Assembly: GCA_045110585.1 (NCBI GenBank)
Contig: JBGCGG010000063.1
Span: forward strand, 11,732-75,731
From: Phormidesmis sp.
Lineage (GTDB): Bacteria; Cyanobacteriota; Cyanobacteriia; Phormidesmidales; Phormidesmidaceae
Length of the DNA stretch: 64,000 bases
Reading direction: 5' to 3'
Below the pieces are notes generated by a model. The model saw only the letters and a program-made list of their open reading frames with translations. It searched no databases and was not told the DNA's origin. The translations under genes and the position numbers were made by a program. Shown here piece after piece: positions 31,439 through 42,817 of the stretch. Position 1 is the stretch's first letter. Each line of letters starts with the position of its first letter.

Positions 31439-32827
31439 ATGGCAACGTTGCCACCTGTCTCTGCCCTGCTAGCCACCACTACCGAAGCCGCCACTGCCGA
31501 AGCTGACTATGGCTCTTTTGTGCTAGCAGCCGTTTTGATGACCCTAGTAGTGATTTATTTCACCAGTAAGCTAGGCGGAGAACTGTCTAAGCGCCTTAAC
31601 CTGCCGCCTGTGTTGGGTGAGCTGATTGGCGGTGTGGTGGTCGGTGTTTCGGCGCTGCATCTGTTGATGTTTCCTGAAAACAGCGCGGCGGCAACAGATT
31701 CTGTGATTATGAGCGCCTTGCAGAGCATCGGTAATTTGGATGCGGCTGCGGTGAGCCATATTTTTGAGAGCCAGAGTGAGGCGATTTCTGTTCTGGCTGA
31801 GCTGGGCGTAATTGTGTTGTTGTTTGAGATTGGTCTGGAATCGGACTTGCGTGAGCTGAGTAAGGTTGGTTATCAGGCTGCGGTCGTTGCAGTTATTGGG
31901 GTAACGGTGCCGTTTATTCTCGGTACGGTGGGCTTGATAGCGATCTTTCATTCGCCTGTGATTCCGGCTATTTTTGCAGGTGCAGCGCTGACGGCAACGA
32001 GCATTGGCATTACCTCTAAGGTTCTCTCGGAACTGGGTCAGCTTAAGTCAACTGAGGGGCAAATTATTGTTGGTGCGGCGGTGATTGATGATGTGCTTGG
32101 CATCATTGTGCTGGCAGTTGTGGCGAGTTTAGCGAAGACTGGCGAAGTCGATTTGTTGAATGTTGTTTATCTCATTGTGAGTGCAAGCACATTCTTGTTG
32201 GGGTCTATTTTCTTGGGTAAGTTTTTTAATTCTAGCTTTGTGGCTATTTCTGAAAAGCTACAGACGAGAGGAGCTTTGCTGATTCCTGCCTTTACGTTTG
32301 CGCTGGTGATGGCGCTGCTGGCGAATATTATTCACCTGGAAGCTATTTTGGGGGCATTTGCGGCGGGCCTAGTGCTAGATGAAACGGATCAGCGCAAGGA
32401 GCTAGACCAGCAGGTGATGCCGATTGCTGACATTTTGGTGCCTATCTTTTTTGTGACGGTGGGTGCAAAGGCTGACTTGGCAGTGTTGAATCCGATGGTG
32501 GTTGAGAACCGTGAGGGACTGATTATTGCGGCCTTTTTGATTGTGGCAGCGATTATTGGCAAGATGGTTTCGGGCTGGGCTGTGTTTGGTAAGCCGGGGA
32601 TTAACCGAATGGCCATTGGCGTGGGTATGATTCCGAGGGGGGAAGTGGGCCTTGTGTTTGCAGGTATTGGCTCTGCAAGTGGCGTTTTGGATAAGCCTTT
32701 GGAGGCGGCCATTATTGTAATGGTGATTTTAACGACGCTGTTGGCACCGCCTTTTTTGCAGTGGACGTTTAAGGGTGAGGCCGAAGGTGAGGTTAGTGAG
32801 GCTGCGATCGCTGAAACCTCCATTTAA
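31439..32827 (+). CDS. nhaS3: Na+/H+ antiporter, CPA2 family (NhaS3/NapA-like)
   Basis: LPPVLGEL, ELGVIVLLFEIGLESD, TATSIGIT, AAVIDD, GMIPRGEVGL; ATG at 31439. Confidence 0.85.
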   Translation: MATLPPVSALLATTTEAATAEADYGSFVLAAVLMTLVVIYFTSKLGGELSKRLNLPPVLGELIGGVVVGVSALHLLMFPENSAAATDSVIMSALQSIGNLDAAAVSHIFESQSEAISVLAELGVIVLLFEIGLESDLRELSKVGYQAAVVAVIGVTVPFILGTVGLIAIFHSPVIPAIFAGAALTATSIGITSKVLSELGQLKSTEGQIIVGAAVIDDVLGIIVLAVVASLAKTGEVDLLNVVYLIVSASTFLLGSIFLGKFFNSSFVAISEKLQTRGALLIPAFTFALVMALLANIIHLEAILGAFAAGLVLDETDQRKELDQQVMPIADILVPIFFVTVGAKADLAVLNPMVVENREGLIIAAFLIVAAIIGKMVSGWAVFGKPGINRMAIGVGMIPRGEVGLVFAGIGSASGVLDKPLEAAIIVMVILTTLLAPPFLQWTFKGEAEGEVSEAAIAETSI

Positions 32828-32871
32828 GATCTCTGATTTGGTATTTCTGATTTAAGGATTGTTATGTTCTG

Positions 32872-32904
32872 ATGCCACGGGTTAGTGCCTGTGGCATTTT
32901 TTTT
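32872..32904 (+). terminator. Rho-independent terminator after the antiporter
   Basis: atgccac...gtggcat stem followed by a T run. Confidence 0.7.
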
Positions 32905-33175
32905 AGAAAATGCCTTGCGTGAAAGCGATTGGAAATATTTTTGGGTGCTTACTACTGGTTAGTTTGCCTCTTAACCTTGTATACATCGTTATTGGTATAT
33001 ATTTACTATCTGAAAATCTTCGTTTTTGGTGCATTGGAACGCGTCGAGGCATGCCAGCTCAGCTGCGGTGAGCTGTAGAAACATGTTTTTTTGATGAAGC
33101 CTCATACTGCTTTTTTTGAAGTAGCATCTATCTCAGTTAGTCTGCCAGCAGGCCCTTCAATACTTTCAACGCGCT

Positions 33176-34018
33176 ATGTTGCCCAAGCCCTGTGTATTCG
33201 CTGCGCTTCCTTCTCAGATAGTAGTCAGGCAATCTGTGATTGCCTGTGCGAAGACAATGGTTCCTGCCGCGTGTACTGCGGTAGGTCTTTGTTTAGGTGC
33301 AATCATCTCTCCTGCTCAGGCCGTAACGTTTGTGGCTGAGCGCTCAGCGCTATCTGCCACTGACCAGGTTGACTGGTCGAGCGTCGGCTCTATTTTTAGT
33401 CCGTTCGGTCCCCCAGACCCATCAGTCTTTTTGCCGCCGTCTTTCTTCGTTACCTCTCAAGCTGGCCGCTCTGTTCGCGTAGACATTCCGCCGTCTACGA
33501 CCGCTGGCGTTCTGCCCCCGTTTGTTTTTCAAACAACACCAGAACCGGGCATCGCAACTAACTTTGACGATGGCGATTTTATATTGTTTACAGGGCTGAT
33601 TCCTGGCCCACCGCCTGCTATTGGGAATCCTGGCCCGATTACGCTCACGTTTGATGAGCCTGTTGCTGGAGCCGGAACCCAGCTTGCTGTAGATGACATC
33701 TTCGACTTTACGGGGACGCTGTCGGCCTTTGACCGTGATGACCAGTTACTGGGTCGTTTTTCTGCGCCGGGTACCTCATCTTTGGAATTAGATAACTCTG
33801 CTCTTTTTCTAGGCGTACTGAGTGACGAGTCCAATATTGCCAAACTAGAGTTCGAGTCCTCTATTCCAACGAGCGCGATTGGACTGAACCAGTTGAGTTT
33901 GCTTGGGAAACGGTTGCCTGATACTACAGCAGTACCTGAACCTTCGTCCTTGATCGCGTTGGGCGTGATGGTCGCGTTCGGCAAACGCTACAGGACAAAG
34001 TCGCTTAATCAGCACTGA
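33176..34018 (+). CDS. PEP-CTERM sorting-domain secreted protein
   Basis: Signal-like AQA motif; C-terminal VPEPSSLIALGVMVAFGKRYRTK. Confidence 0.85.
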   Translation: MLPKPCVFAALPSQIVVRQSVIACAKTMVPAACTAVGLCLGAIISPAQAVTFVAERSALSATDQVDWSSVGSIFSPFGPPDPSVFLPPSFFVTSQAGRSVRVDIPPSTTAGVLPPFVFQTTPEPGIATNFDDGDFILFTGLIPGPPPAIGNPGPITLTFDEPVAGAGTQLAVDDIFDFTGTLSAFDRDDQLLGRFSAPGTSSLELDNSALFLGVLSDESNIAKLEFESSIPTSAIGLNQLSLLGKRLPDTTAVPEPSSLIALGVMVAFGKRYRTKSLNQH

Positions 34019-34228
34019 TAAAGAGTTAGGCAGTCAGCGCTCTGTTTTTCATCGGGGTTACTCTTCAACAACATGTCCACTACAGATGATAGGGCAGTTA
34101 TCTTGAGTTGAAAGATGTGATCGCACAGTAGAGCGCAGACGATGCTCCAGTACCTGAGCAGTCTTCAAAGGCCAAATAAATGCAGTTGTTTGGAGTCAAA
34201 GCGCTGAATCCTCATGCTGCCAAAGTCC

Positions 34229-34597
34229 CTAAAACGGGCGTTGATTTAGTGCTTCATTCAATGCTTCTTGAATGATCTGCTCGTCAATACCACGACGTTT
34301 TAAGTTGTCTACGAAAGACGAAACCGTATCATTTTCTAGTCGCTTTACGGGCAGAAATAATGCGGATATAGTCGTTTTCGCGTTCTACAAAAACAACAAA
34401 TCCCATCGTTTATCTAAACTGATGACAGCACCTCTGGCCTTATCATTGCGACTAGCGTCAATGACGACCAAGAGCGGATACAAGAAAGCTTCAGCAGCTT
34501 GAGGAAACGTGACCCCATCATGTTTGATAGGGGTTGTCCGCGCTTTCTCTTCATCCCCAACGAAGGTAATGCCGCTGAAAGAGTAATGCACATCCGT
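34229..34597 (-). pseudogene. Decayed BrnT-type toxin fused by deletion to the C-terminal remnant of its antitoxin
   Basis: ACG in place of a start (34597), GITFVGDEEKAR...KHDGVTF...DASRND, frameshift into VVFVERENDYIRIISARKATRK, then DTVSSFVDNLKRRGIDEQIIQEAL* ending at 34229. Confidence 0.8.
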
Positions 34598-35022
34598 ATA
34601 ATCAGATGCCGTATAAAACGTATTTATATTGTAAATACGGTTTCAGCATAGCTCACCGTGAGGATTCGGTAGCAAGTTAGGGTCACTTGAATAGCGTTTG
34701 GATGGCATCCACTGAACACCCAGATGTAGTAATTTGAAGGATACGAGCTAGATACCAGAAGAGAGATTCTTAAGGTGGTGCTAAGGGGATCGCCTTCTGC
34801 CGAATAAGAGCAGTATCATTCGCGGGTAGTCGCGTTCTGCATAGGGCAGAACGTAAACCATCGTTGCGCACTTTTAAGAAAAGATAACACCCTCTTTCAC
34901 ACACCCAATTTTTCTCTCTACAGTGTGAAATAGCAAATTAGCGAGTGCTTATGCCGTTCACTCATCGTTTATTCTATCCACGCCCATAAACCCGCAAAAG
35001 GCCGAAAATTATTAGTTTCGTT

Positions 35023-36609
35023 ATGGATCAATTCCCCTGGCTGTCGTTCATTATCTTTTTCCCATTTTTGGCGGCGCTGCTCATTCCTTTCATTCCCGAT
35101 GAAGAAGGACGCACCGTAAAGTGGTACTCCCTCGTCGTCGGACTCATTGACTTTGCCGTCATCGTCTACGCCTTCGTCAATAACTACGACATCAATAGCT
35201 CAGGGATGCAGCTCTACGAAAGCTATGCCTGGGTGCCGCAAATTGATTTGCGCTGGTCTGTCGGTGTAGATGGACTATCCATGCCGCTGGTGTTGCTTAC
35301 AGGCTTCATCACTACCCTGGCCATCCTCGCCTCTTGGCCAGTCACCTTCAAACCCAAGCTGTTTTACTTCTTGCTGCTGAGCATGTACGCCGGTCAAATT
35401 GGCGTATTTGCCGTGCAAGATATGCTGCTGTTTTTCCTGATGTGGGAGCTGGAACTGCTGCCGGTTTACTTGCTGCTCTCAATTTGGGGTGGCAAAAAGA
35501 GACTGTACGCAGCCACTAAGTTCATTCTCTACACCGCTGGGGGATCGCTCTTTATTCTGCTTGCTGCGTTGGGCATGGCCTTCTACGGCGATACCGTCAG
35601 CTTCGATATGCAAACGCTGATGGCCAAAGAATTTCCGCTGCGGCTACAGCTATTTTTGTATTCAGGCTTCTTGATTGCCTACGCTGTGAAGCTGCCGATT
35701 ATTCCCTTCCACACTTGGCTTCCAGATGCTCACGGTGAGGCCACTGCGCCGGTTCATATGTTGCTGGCTGGCATTTTGCTGAAGATGGGCGGCTACGCGA
35801 TTATCCGCATGAATGTGGAAATGTTGCCCGATGCTCACGCAGTGATTGCCCCTGGTTTGGTGATCTTTGGTGTGGTGAATATTATTTACGCCGCGCTGAC
35901 TTCATTCGCACAAAACAACCTGAAGCGAAAAATTGCCTACTCATCTATTTCCCACATGGGCTTTGTGATGATTGGTATCGGCTCATTTACAAACCTTGGC
36001 CTCAGCGGCGCAGTGCTGCAAATGGTGTCCCACGGTTTGATTGGCGCTAGCTTGTTCTTCCTGGTGGGTGCCACTTATGACCGGACGCACACGCTGATTT
36101 TGGATGAAATGGGCGGTGTAGGCCGCAAGATGCCGAAGATCTTTGCGATGTTTACGACTTGCTCTATGGCGTCGTTGGCGTTGCCCGGTATGAGTGGCTT
36201 TGTTGCTGAGCTGATGGTGTTTGTAGGCTTTGCTAATAGCGATGCTTACGGCTTTAACTTCAAGCTGATTGTGGTGATGCTGATGGCCGTGGGTGTAATT
36301 CTCACACCGCTGTATTTGTTATCAATGCTGCGCGACATTTTCTATGGCCCTGAGAATAAGGAGCTGATTGAAAATGAGGTGCTGATTGATGCGGAACCAC
36401 GTGAGGTATTTGTGATTGCCTGCTTGCTGATTCCTATCATTGGCTTTGGCTTGTATCCTAAGGCGCTGACGCAGCTTTACGATGCCAAGACAATCCAAAT
36501 TACTGAGAAGATTCGCACAGAGATGTTTGCGATCGCTCAAGATAAAACCCCACCGCTCCCTATCGCCACCACCCCCCTGCTAAACGCACCTGAAATTCCA
36601 GGTTCGTAG
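35023..36609 (+). CDS. ndhD1: NAD(P)H-quinone oxidoreductase subunit 4 (NdhD1)
   Basis: [58 protein letters not shown]. Confidence 0.93.
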   Translation: MDQFPWLSFIIFFPFLAALLIPFIPDEEGRTVKWYSLVVGLIDFAVIVYAFVNNYDINSSGMQLYESYAWVPQIDLRWSVGVDGLSMPLVLLTGFITTLAILASWPVTFKPKLFYFLLLSMYAGQIGVFAVQDMLLFFLMWELELLPVYLLLSIWGGKKRLYAATKFILYTAGGSLFILLAALGMAFYGDTVSFDMQTLMAKEFPLRLQLFLYSGFLIAYAVKLPIIPFHTWLPDAHGEATAPVHMLLAGILLKMGGYAIIRMNVEMLPDAHAVIAPGLVIFGVVNIIYAALTSFAQNNLKRKIAYSSISHMGFVMIGIGSFTNLGLSGAVLQMVSHGLIGASLFFLVGATYDRTHTLILDEMGGVGRKMPKIFAMFTTCSMASLALPGMSGFVAELMVFVGFANSDAYGFNFKLIVVMLMAVGVILTPLYLLSMLRDIFYGPENKELIENEVLIDAEPREVFVIACLLIPIIGFGLYPKALTQLYDAKTIQITEKIRTEMFAIAQDKTPPLPIATTPLLNAPEIPGS

Positions 36610-36859
36610 CGCCTCGCTGACAGGCTCGCGCCTCAGCGCATAATCAACCGAAATTCCTTTCTAGTTAAGTCTGGGAAGGAATTTCTCTATCAGGATTGAT
36701 AATTGCTTGGGCCAGCGCTTTCCGTGACGTTGCTTAATTGCCCTTGAAAATAACCACCAATGCCTTGCTGGTGGCACGCTCCGCGAGATCACGTAGGGCC
36801 TTGACACTCGGATACGTGATCCCTTATTGCTTTGAACACCTCTTATCTTTCTGTGCTGT

Positions 36860-38323
36860 ATGGGGCTTGCATCACCCACCCCGACTACAAAACCTGTCCC
36901 CAAAGTGCTGATTCCCGGTCAAAATGACCTTATGGGCAACATTATTCAACTCGTTCCGCGCTTGTTTTCCGTTCGTGGCTGGGCTTTAGAAGCCAGGTTG
37001 CTGCGATGGATGACGGTGCTGTGGCTGCTGGTTGGGTTAGTGGTGCTGTTCTCAGCGTCTTACCCGGTTGCTGAAGCTGCGTTTAATGACGGCGCTCGTT
37101 ATTTCAAAATTCAAATTGTATGGGTGGGAGTCGGGCTTTTTATTGCCCGCTGGATTGCTCGCCATCCCGTTCAAAGAACCATGCGGCTCTCCGGTTTCTT
37201 TTTGCTGGTGTGCATGCTTATGGTGATGGCCACGCACATTCCCGGTGTGGGCATTTCAGTCAACGGTGCGACCCGTTGGCTGCCGTTTGGCCCGTTTTTG
37301 ATTCAGCCTTCAGAGCTGATGAAACCCTTTTTGGTGATGCACAGTGCGCAGCTATTTGGAAAATGGCACAAGCTCACGAATAGAACGCGCGTTACTTGGC
37401 TGGGGATCTTTACCAGCGGGCTGCTGTTGATTTTGACGCAGCCTAACCTGAGTACGACAGCCGTATGCGGGATCACGATTTGGCTGATTGCTTTGGCTGC
37501 GGGGATTCCGTACCGGCAGTTGGCGCTGACGGCGGGTACCGGGGTGATGGCGGCAGTGCTGAGTGTAAGTGTGAAGGCGTATCAGCGCGATCGCATTATC
37601 TCTTTTATGAACCCCTGGGCCGATCCTAGCGATACGGGTTTCCAGCTCATCCAAAGCCTGCTGGCTATTGGCTCCGGCGGGGTGGGTGGCACAGGCTACG
37701 GGCTTTCTGCTCAAAAGCTCTACTTCTTACCCATTCAGTACACCGACTTCATTTTCTCTGTTTTCGCAGAAGAATTCGGCTTCATCGGTTGCATTATGCT
37801 GCTGCTATTTTTAGCGGTGTATAGCACCGTTGCCCTGATGGTGGCCATCCAAGCGAAGAAGACGGTGCATCGCTTAGTGGCCATTGGCTGTATGGTTCTG
37901 CTGATTGGTCAGTCTTTAGTGAATATTGGTGTCGCGACCGGGTCTTTGCCCACTACAGGGCTTCCCTTTCCCATGTTTAGCTACGGCGGTAGCTCCATGA
38001 TTGCCAGCCTGATTACGGCAGGTGTGCTGATTCGTGTGGCAAGAGAAGCTCGGGATGCAGAAGTGCTGACGCTGGATCGCATTGAGAATAACTTGCATCG
38101 AACGGTGCGACGGCGGGCAAGTTTGGGGCAAAAGCGAGATCGGCGCAAAAATGGCGGCCCAAAAAATAAAAACGCCGTGGCTCAGGCCAGTGAGCTACTC
38201 CAAAGCACCCTGGGCCAAGAGGCCAACAAAGCTTCTGTGGAGAAGGATTTGCAGACGGCTCAGAATTTGTTGCAGGAGGGCAACGCTACGGGCAGCGCGG
38301 AAAAAGATAATCCGACGGCCTAA
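36860..38323 (+). CDS. ftsW: SEDS family protein FtsW with a long C-terminal tail (start uncertain)
   Basis: LFSASY, GATRW, QPSELMKP, QPNLST, GFQLIQSLLAIGSGG, TDFIFSVFAEEFG, PMFSYGGSS. Confidence 0.88.
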   Translation: MGLASPTPTTKPVPKVLIPGQNDLMGNIIQLVPRLFSVRGWALEARLLRWMTVLWLLVGLVVLFSASYPVAEAAFNDGARYFKIQIVWVGVGLFIARWIARHPVQRTMRLSGFFLLVCMLMVMATHIPGVGISVNGATRWLPFGPFLIQPSELMKPFLVMHSAQLFGKWHKLTNRTRVTWLGIFTSGLLLILTQPNLSTTAVCGITIWLIALAAGIPYRQLALTAGTGVMAAVLSVSVKAYQRDRIISFMNPWADPSDTGFQLIQSLLAIGSGGVGGTGYGLSAQKLYFLPIQYTDFIFSVFAEEFGFIGCIMLLLFLAVYSTVALMVAIQAKKTVHRLVAIGCMVLLIGQSLVNIGVATGSLPTTGLPFPMFSYGGSSMIASLITAGVLIRVAREARDAEVLTLDRIENNLHRTVRRRASLGQKRDRRKNGGPKNKNAVAQASELLQSTLGQEANKASVEKDLQTAQNLLQEGNATGSAEKDNPTA

Positions 38324-38471
38324 GCGTGGCTTCTTGGATTGGGCCAGACTCAATGGCCGGAACCGTTACAGTTCGATACAATGAAGGGCGTAATCAAGGC
38401 TGTTAGTTATCTTTTGTTGTTGACGAACGACTGATTAGCGGTTTTGGTTAGGTTTTGGCTAGGGCACTCAT

Positions 38472-39236
38472 ATGGGCGGTTCTCTTTTAGAGACGTTGCA
38501 CGAAAATTTACAGCTTTCTCTTTATCATCTCTCTCAGCAGGCCAATGGCTGGGTAGAGGGGCAGCTGGGCCATTTAGGGTTTACGAGCCTTGGCATTATT
38601 GCTTTGGCCGGGCTGCTGACTAGCCTCACACCCTGCATGCTTTCAATGCTGCCGATTACGGTGGGCTACATGGGCAGCTACGAGCTGGAAAGCCGCTGGC
38701 AGGCGGTGAATCAGTCGGTGTGGTTTGCCACAGGGCTGGCGACAACGCTGGCGGCTTTGGGCCTAGTGGCGAGTAGTTTGGGCTGGGTGTACGGCCAAGT
38801 GGGCGTAGGTCTGCCGATTGTGGTGAGCGCGATCGCTATTCTGATGGGGCTAAATCTTCTCGAAGCACTGCCGTTGCCTCCATTGCCATCTTTTAATGGC
38901 ACAGACTTTTTAGACAAAAATATTCCCCGGTCGGTTAAGTCTTATTTATTGGGACTCACCTTTGGTTTGGTCGCATCGCCTTGCAGCACGCCCGTATTAG
39001 CTACGTTACTGGCTTGGGTGGGTGAAAAAGGCGATCCGGTACTGGGCGCTTCGCTGCTGTTAGCTTACACGGTAGGCTATGTTGCACCGCTGATGTTGGC
39101 AGGCATTTTTACCGCGTCGATTAAGCGTATTTTGGAACTACGTCGCTGGTCTGGATGGATTACGCCTGCGAGTGGTGTACTGCTGATTGGCTTTGGGCTG
39201 TTTTCCCTGATGACTCGCTTATTGCCAGTTGCTTAA
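38472..39236 (+). CDS. ccdA: Cytochrome c biogenesis thiol-disulfide transporter CcdA
   Basis: [11 protein letters not shown] and ASPCSTPVL cysteine motifs. Confidence 0.92.
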   Translation: MGGSLLETLHENLQLSLYHLSQQANGWVEGQLGHLGFTSLGIIALAGLLTSLTPCMLSMLPITVGYMGSYELESRWQAVNQSVWFATGLATTLAALGLVASSLGWVYGQVGVGLPIVVSAIAILMGLNLLEALPLPPLPSFNGTDFLDKNIPRSVKSYLLGLTFGLVASPCSTPVLATLLAWVGEKGDPVLGASLLLAYTVGYVAPLMLAGIFTASIKRILELRRWSGWITPASGVLLIGFGLFSLMTRLLPVA

Positions 39237-39322
39237 TTCAGGCGTGTGTTTCGCCTAGGCTGTGCTTGGGGCGGCCAAACCAAGGCGACAGAAGAAAAGA
39301 AAGAAAAAGAGAAAGAGATTTT

Positions 39323-40768
39323 ATGAGCAGTGTGGTGATCGCAACAAAACGGTACTTTCGCAAAGATCTAGTGCCCTTACTGGCCGATTTGCGACTGGCC
39401 ATTGGTCTTTTGTTGGCGATCGCCATCTTTAGCATCACCGGCACCGTTATCGAACAAGGCCAAGGGCTCTCTTTTTACCAAGAGAACTATCCGCTTGATC
39501 CCGCTTTGTTTGGCTTTATTTCCTGGAAATTTATTCTCATCGTTGGGCTAAACCATGTTTACAGCACTTGGTGGTTTCTCTCCATTATGATTTTGTTTGG
39601 GGCGAGCCTCACGGCCTGCACCTTCACGCGTCAAATTACAGCTTTGCGCTGGTTTTCTCGCACCTGGAATTTTTATAGTAAGCCGCGTCAGTTCGGCAAA
39701 ATGGCGCTCAGTACAGAGCTTGAAGGCGCTCATATCAGTGACATCAAAGATCAGCTCGCTGAACGTCGATACGAAACATTCGAAAAAGTAGACGACGACA
39801 CCCATAACTCAATGCTGTATGCCCATAAGGGTCTCAGCGGTCGGATTGGCCCGATTGTGGTTCATGCCAGCATGCTGCTCATTTTGGTTGGGGCGATTAT
39901 TGGCTCCATGACTGGCTTTTTTGCCCAAGAAATGGTGCCGAGCGGTCAAACCTTTAGAATCCAAAACATTTTTGAAGCCGGACCGTGGGCCGCCTCTCAA
40001 GTGCCCAAAGACTGGTCGGTCAAGGTCAATCGCTTTTGGATTGATTACTCCCCCGAAGGCCGAGTGGATCAGTTCTATTCAGATTTGTCCGTACTCGATA
40101 ATGATGGCGAAGAGGTAAAGCGCAAAACCATTTGGGTGAATGAGCCACTGCGCTACAAAAATGTCACTCTGTACCAGGCAGATTGGTCGGTGGGGCAGGT
40201 AAATGTACGGCTCAATAATAGTCCTACATTTGAATTGCCAATGGCGGCATTAAAGTCGCAGAGCAGCCGAATTTGGGGCACTTGGGTACCTACGAAGCCA
40301 GATATGAGCGAAGGGGTGTCATTAGTAGCGCAGGATTTGCAGGGGACGCTGCTGGTCTACGACATGAGCGGACAGCTTGTGTCTACGGTGCGAGCCGGCA
40401 GTTCGGTAGAGGTGAATGGCGTTACCTTGTTCGTCGATGAGCTGATTGGCAGCACGGGCTTGCAAATTAAGGCTGATCCAGGTATTCCGATTGTGTATTT
40501 GGGCTTCGGGCTGTTAATGATTGGCGTTGTAATGAGCTACATTTCGCACTCGCAGGTGTGGGCGCTAGAAGCCGATGGCATGCTCTATGTTGGTGGCCGT
40601 ACGAACCGGGCACAGGTTGCGTTTGAGCGGGAGCTATTGAGCGTATTAGATACTGTTACGCTCAGTGGGTCTTCTGCGGCTTCTGGGCCTGCCGGTGATG
40701 AGGCTGGCGATGACGGGGCAGATGATGGCGCAGCGGAGAATGCCTTAACGCTCGGTAGCGCAAAATAA
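39323..40768 (+). CDS. ccsB: Cytochrome c biogenesis protein CcsB/Ccs1 (ResB-like)
   Basis: [46 protein letters not shown]; ATG at 39323. Confidence 0.92.
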   Translation: MSSVVIATKRYFRKDLVPLLADLRLAIGLLLAIAIFSITGTVIEQGQGLSFYQENYPLDPALFGFISWKFILIVGLNHVYSTWWFLSIMILFGASLTACTFTRQITALRWFSRTWNFYSKPRQFGKMALSTELEGAHISDIKDQLAERRYETFEKVDDDTHNSMLYAHKGLSGRIGPIVVHASMLLILVGAIIGSMTGFFAQEMVPSGQTFRIQNIFEAGPWAASQVPKDWSVKVNRFWIDYSPEGRVDQFYSDLSVLDNDGEEVKRKTIWVNEPLRYKNVTLYQADWSVGQVNVRLNNSPTFELPMAALKSQSSRIWGTWVPTKPDMSEGVSLVAQDLQGTLLVYDMSGQLVSTVRAGSSVEVNGVTLFVDELIGSTGLQIKADPGIPIVYLGFGLLMIGVVMSYISHSQVWALEADGMLYVGGRTNRAQVAFERELLSVLDTVTLSGSSAASGPAGDEAGDDGADDGAAENALTLGSAK

Positions 40769-40914
40769 TCTTTCTGGCTGAGTCATTCCTTTAAGTTTCT
40801 GTGAATGTGTGTGGGTAGGTTGTATTTAATAACCGTGTAACCACTGAGATCACTGTCAAGCATGTGTAATGTGTGTAACGCTCAAGCCATCTTGTACGTT
40901 GCCTGCGCCTTTCT

Positions 40915-41475
40915 GTGTTGAAATTTATTCTCAAATCATCACTCTCAGCTTTGGCGATCGCCCCTCACATCCCAAGGCTACGCTCACCACAGTCCCCTTG
41001 CAAAATCCCTCGTAAAACAAGCTATCTGAGGTGGTTTTTCTCAGCTGCCATTGTCGCGCTGCCACTCCAAAGCTGCGCCACCAGCCGATTATCTGCCGAG
41101 TGTGAGCGCTTGCAGCAAGCTACTTACGTAGCGCCCTATTCCTCTTCAACGTTAATTAGCGAATCCTCAACTGACAAAGCGGCCTCCATATTTGCATCCA
41201 AACAGCAAACCGTACTCGCGAACCAGCTTGCAAGGATGCCTTTGTTGGATCAGACCCTCAGTCGTTATCGCAATGAGCTGGTCACGCTGTACCGCCACGA
41301 CAGTGACTTGGGCCTACAAATTACGGCATTTATGACAGATGCCGGAGATATTGCGGTGTCTGGCGGTAGTCGCACAGCTTACGAACAAGTCGCTGGACAG
41401 CGTCTTTCTATTAGTCAGCAGGTTCAAAATGTCAATAATCTCATTGTGGGCTACTGCGGCTCCAGCGAATTTTAG
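40915..41475 (+). CDS. Putative lipoprotein, paralogue 1 of 3 (start uncertain)
   Basis: Lipobox LQSC, second Cys 9 residues later, C-terminal YC. Confidence 0.7.
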   Translation: MLKFILKSSLSALAIAPHIPRLRSPQSPCKIPRKTSYLRWFFSAAIVALPLQSCATSRLSAECERLQQATYVAPYSSSTLISESSTDKAASIFASKQQTVLANQLARMPLLDQTLSRYRNELVTLYRHDSDLGLQITAFMTDAGDIAVSGGSRTAYEQVAGQRLSISQQVQNVNNLIVGYCGSSEF

Positions 41476-41664
41476 GATTGCTTTTTAGGACTGCTTTTTA
41501 GAATTGCTTCTTTGGATTGCCTTTTTGGATTGCCTCTTAGTGTCTTCAGGGTGAGATGGTTTTACGGCGAGGTGATTTCAACATGAGCATGGGAAAACCC
41601 CGAGTAAGGATGGGAAGGCTCAACGTGTAGCCATTCTAGGAGCCATCACGCCCTGACCTGCCGT

Positions 41665-42093
41665 ATGAAGAACGTCCTTTTGATGTGTACGTGGGCAGTG
41701 GCGATGCTGCTGCAAAGCTGCGGTGAAAATAAGGTCGCTACGGAGTGCTATCACTTGCAAGAAGCCTTGCTGGAAAACAGTTTCATTCCGGTCGGGACGG
41801 TGACTAAATCGACTGAAATCGCGCAGGCAAAGACGGCTCAGAGGCAAGCGGATGCGATCGCTCAAGTCGATCTCTCTGATGAAGACCTAACCACCCGCCG
41901 CGATGAAATGGTCACTTTGTTACAACAGCAAAGTGACCTGAGCCTTCAGGCCGCAGATGTCATGACAGAAGACGGTTTTTTAGGTGGGCGCAAATCAGCT
42001 GACTACGAGCGTATTTCGCAGCGCAGGCGTAAGTTGATTAAGCAGATGTATGCTGCGCAAAATGGGCTGCGAATCCATTGCAGCCTTCAGTAA
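41665..42093 (+). CDS. Putative lipoprotein, paralogue 2 of 3
   Basis: Lipobox LQSC, second Cys 9 residues later, C-terminal HC. Confidence 0.75.
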   Translation: MKNVLLMCTWAVAMLLQSCGENKVATECYHLQEALLENSFIPVGTVTKSTEIAQAKTAQRQADAIAQVDLSDEDLTTRRDEMVTLLQQQSDLSLQAADVMTEDGFLGGRKSADYERISQRRRKLIKQMYAAQNGLRIHCSLQ

Positions 42094-42169
42094 ATCGGTA
42101 ATGCTGGCTGAGTGCCGGGCACCTTTAACATATCAATCTAATTTGATATGCCGTTTAATGACTTAATCG

Positions 42170-42673
42170 ATGATGTTACCTGTAGCGCTGCCGGTCATGC
42201 ATAAGCTCAAGGCTCTCTCTTGTGTGAGTGGGTTCACTTTGCTGGCCCTTACTGCCTGCGGCGAGAGTCGCAGCGTCCAGTGTGAAAAAATTGGCAATGT
42301 GCTGAATGCCTCATCCTCACAGATGATGTCGGCAAGTAGTACCTCGCAAGGGTTTTCTCAGGGCGCTACCATTGCCAATCAGGCCGCTGATGATTTGGCG
42401 GCACTAGAGCTAGGGGATAAAAAATTAAGTAATTTGCGATCGCACTTAGTAGCTAGCTATCGCAAGTCAGCAGAAGCTTCTACAGCCATGAACAGCATTG
42501 CAGGCCCAGATGGTTCCGTAATTATAGATGCGAGCACACAGGCATCTTCTCAAGCCATCATGACCCAGTTTGAAACCGCAATGAAAGACGTTGGTTCTGT
42601 CACGAATGCCACCCAAACCTACTGCAATGGCGGCACGGTCGCGAGCAATCTAACCGATGCACCCGCTCAATAG
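42170..42673 (+). CDS. Putative lipoprotein, paralogue 3 of 3
   Basis: Lipobox LTAC, second Cys 8 residues later, near-terminal YC. Confidence 0.75.
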   Translation: MMLPVALPVMHKLKALSCVSGFTLLALTACGESRSVQCEKIGNVLNASSSQMMSASSTSQGFSQGATIANQAADDLAALELGDKKLSNLRSHLVASYRKSAEASTAMNSIAGPDGSVIIDASTQASSQAIMTQFETAMKDVGSVTNATQTYCNGGTVASNLTDAPAQ

Positions 42674-42817
42674 CTTGACGGGTATTGTCTTCGATTACTG
42701 ATGGGGTTATTTAAACGCTTAGCGGACGGCAAAAAATCGCCGCCCGCTAAGACTTACAGTGACTTTTCGACCTGATATTTTGCGGTTTAATATTTTGCAG
42801 TCTGCTGCTCTGTCGCT

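Noticed and set aside
38040-38323. Frameshift or fusion at the ftsW C-terminus
   Set aside because: The frame is continuous and the SEDS core is complete; a low-complexity tail is the simpler reading.
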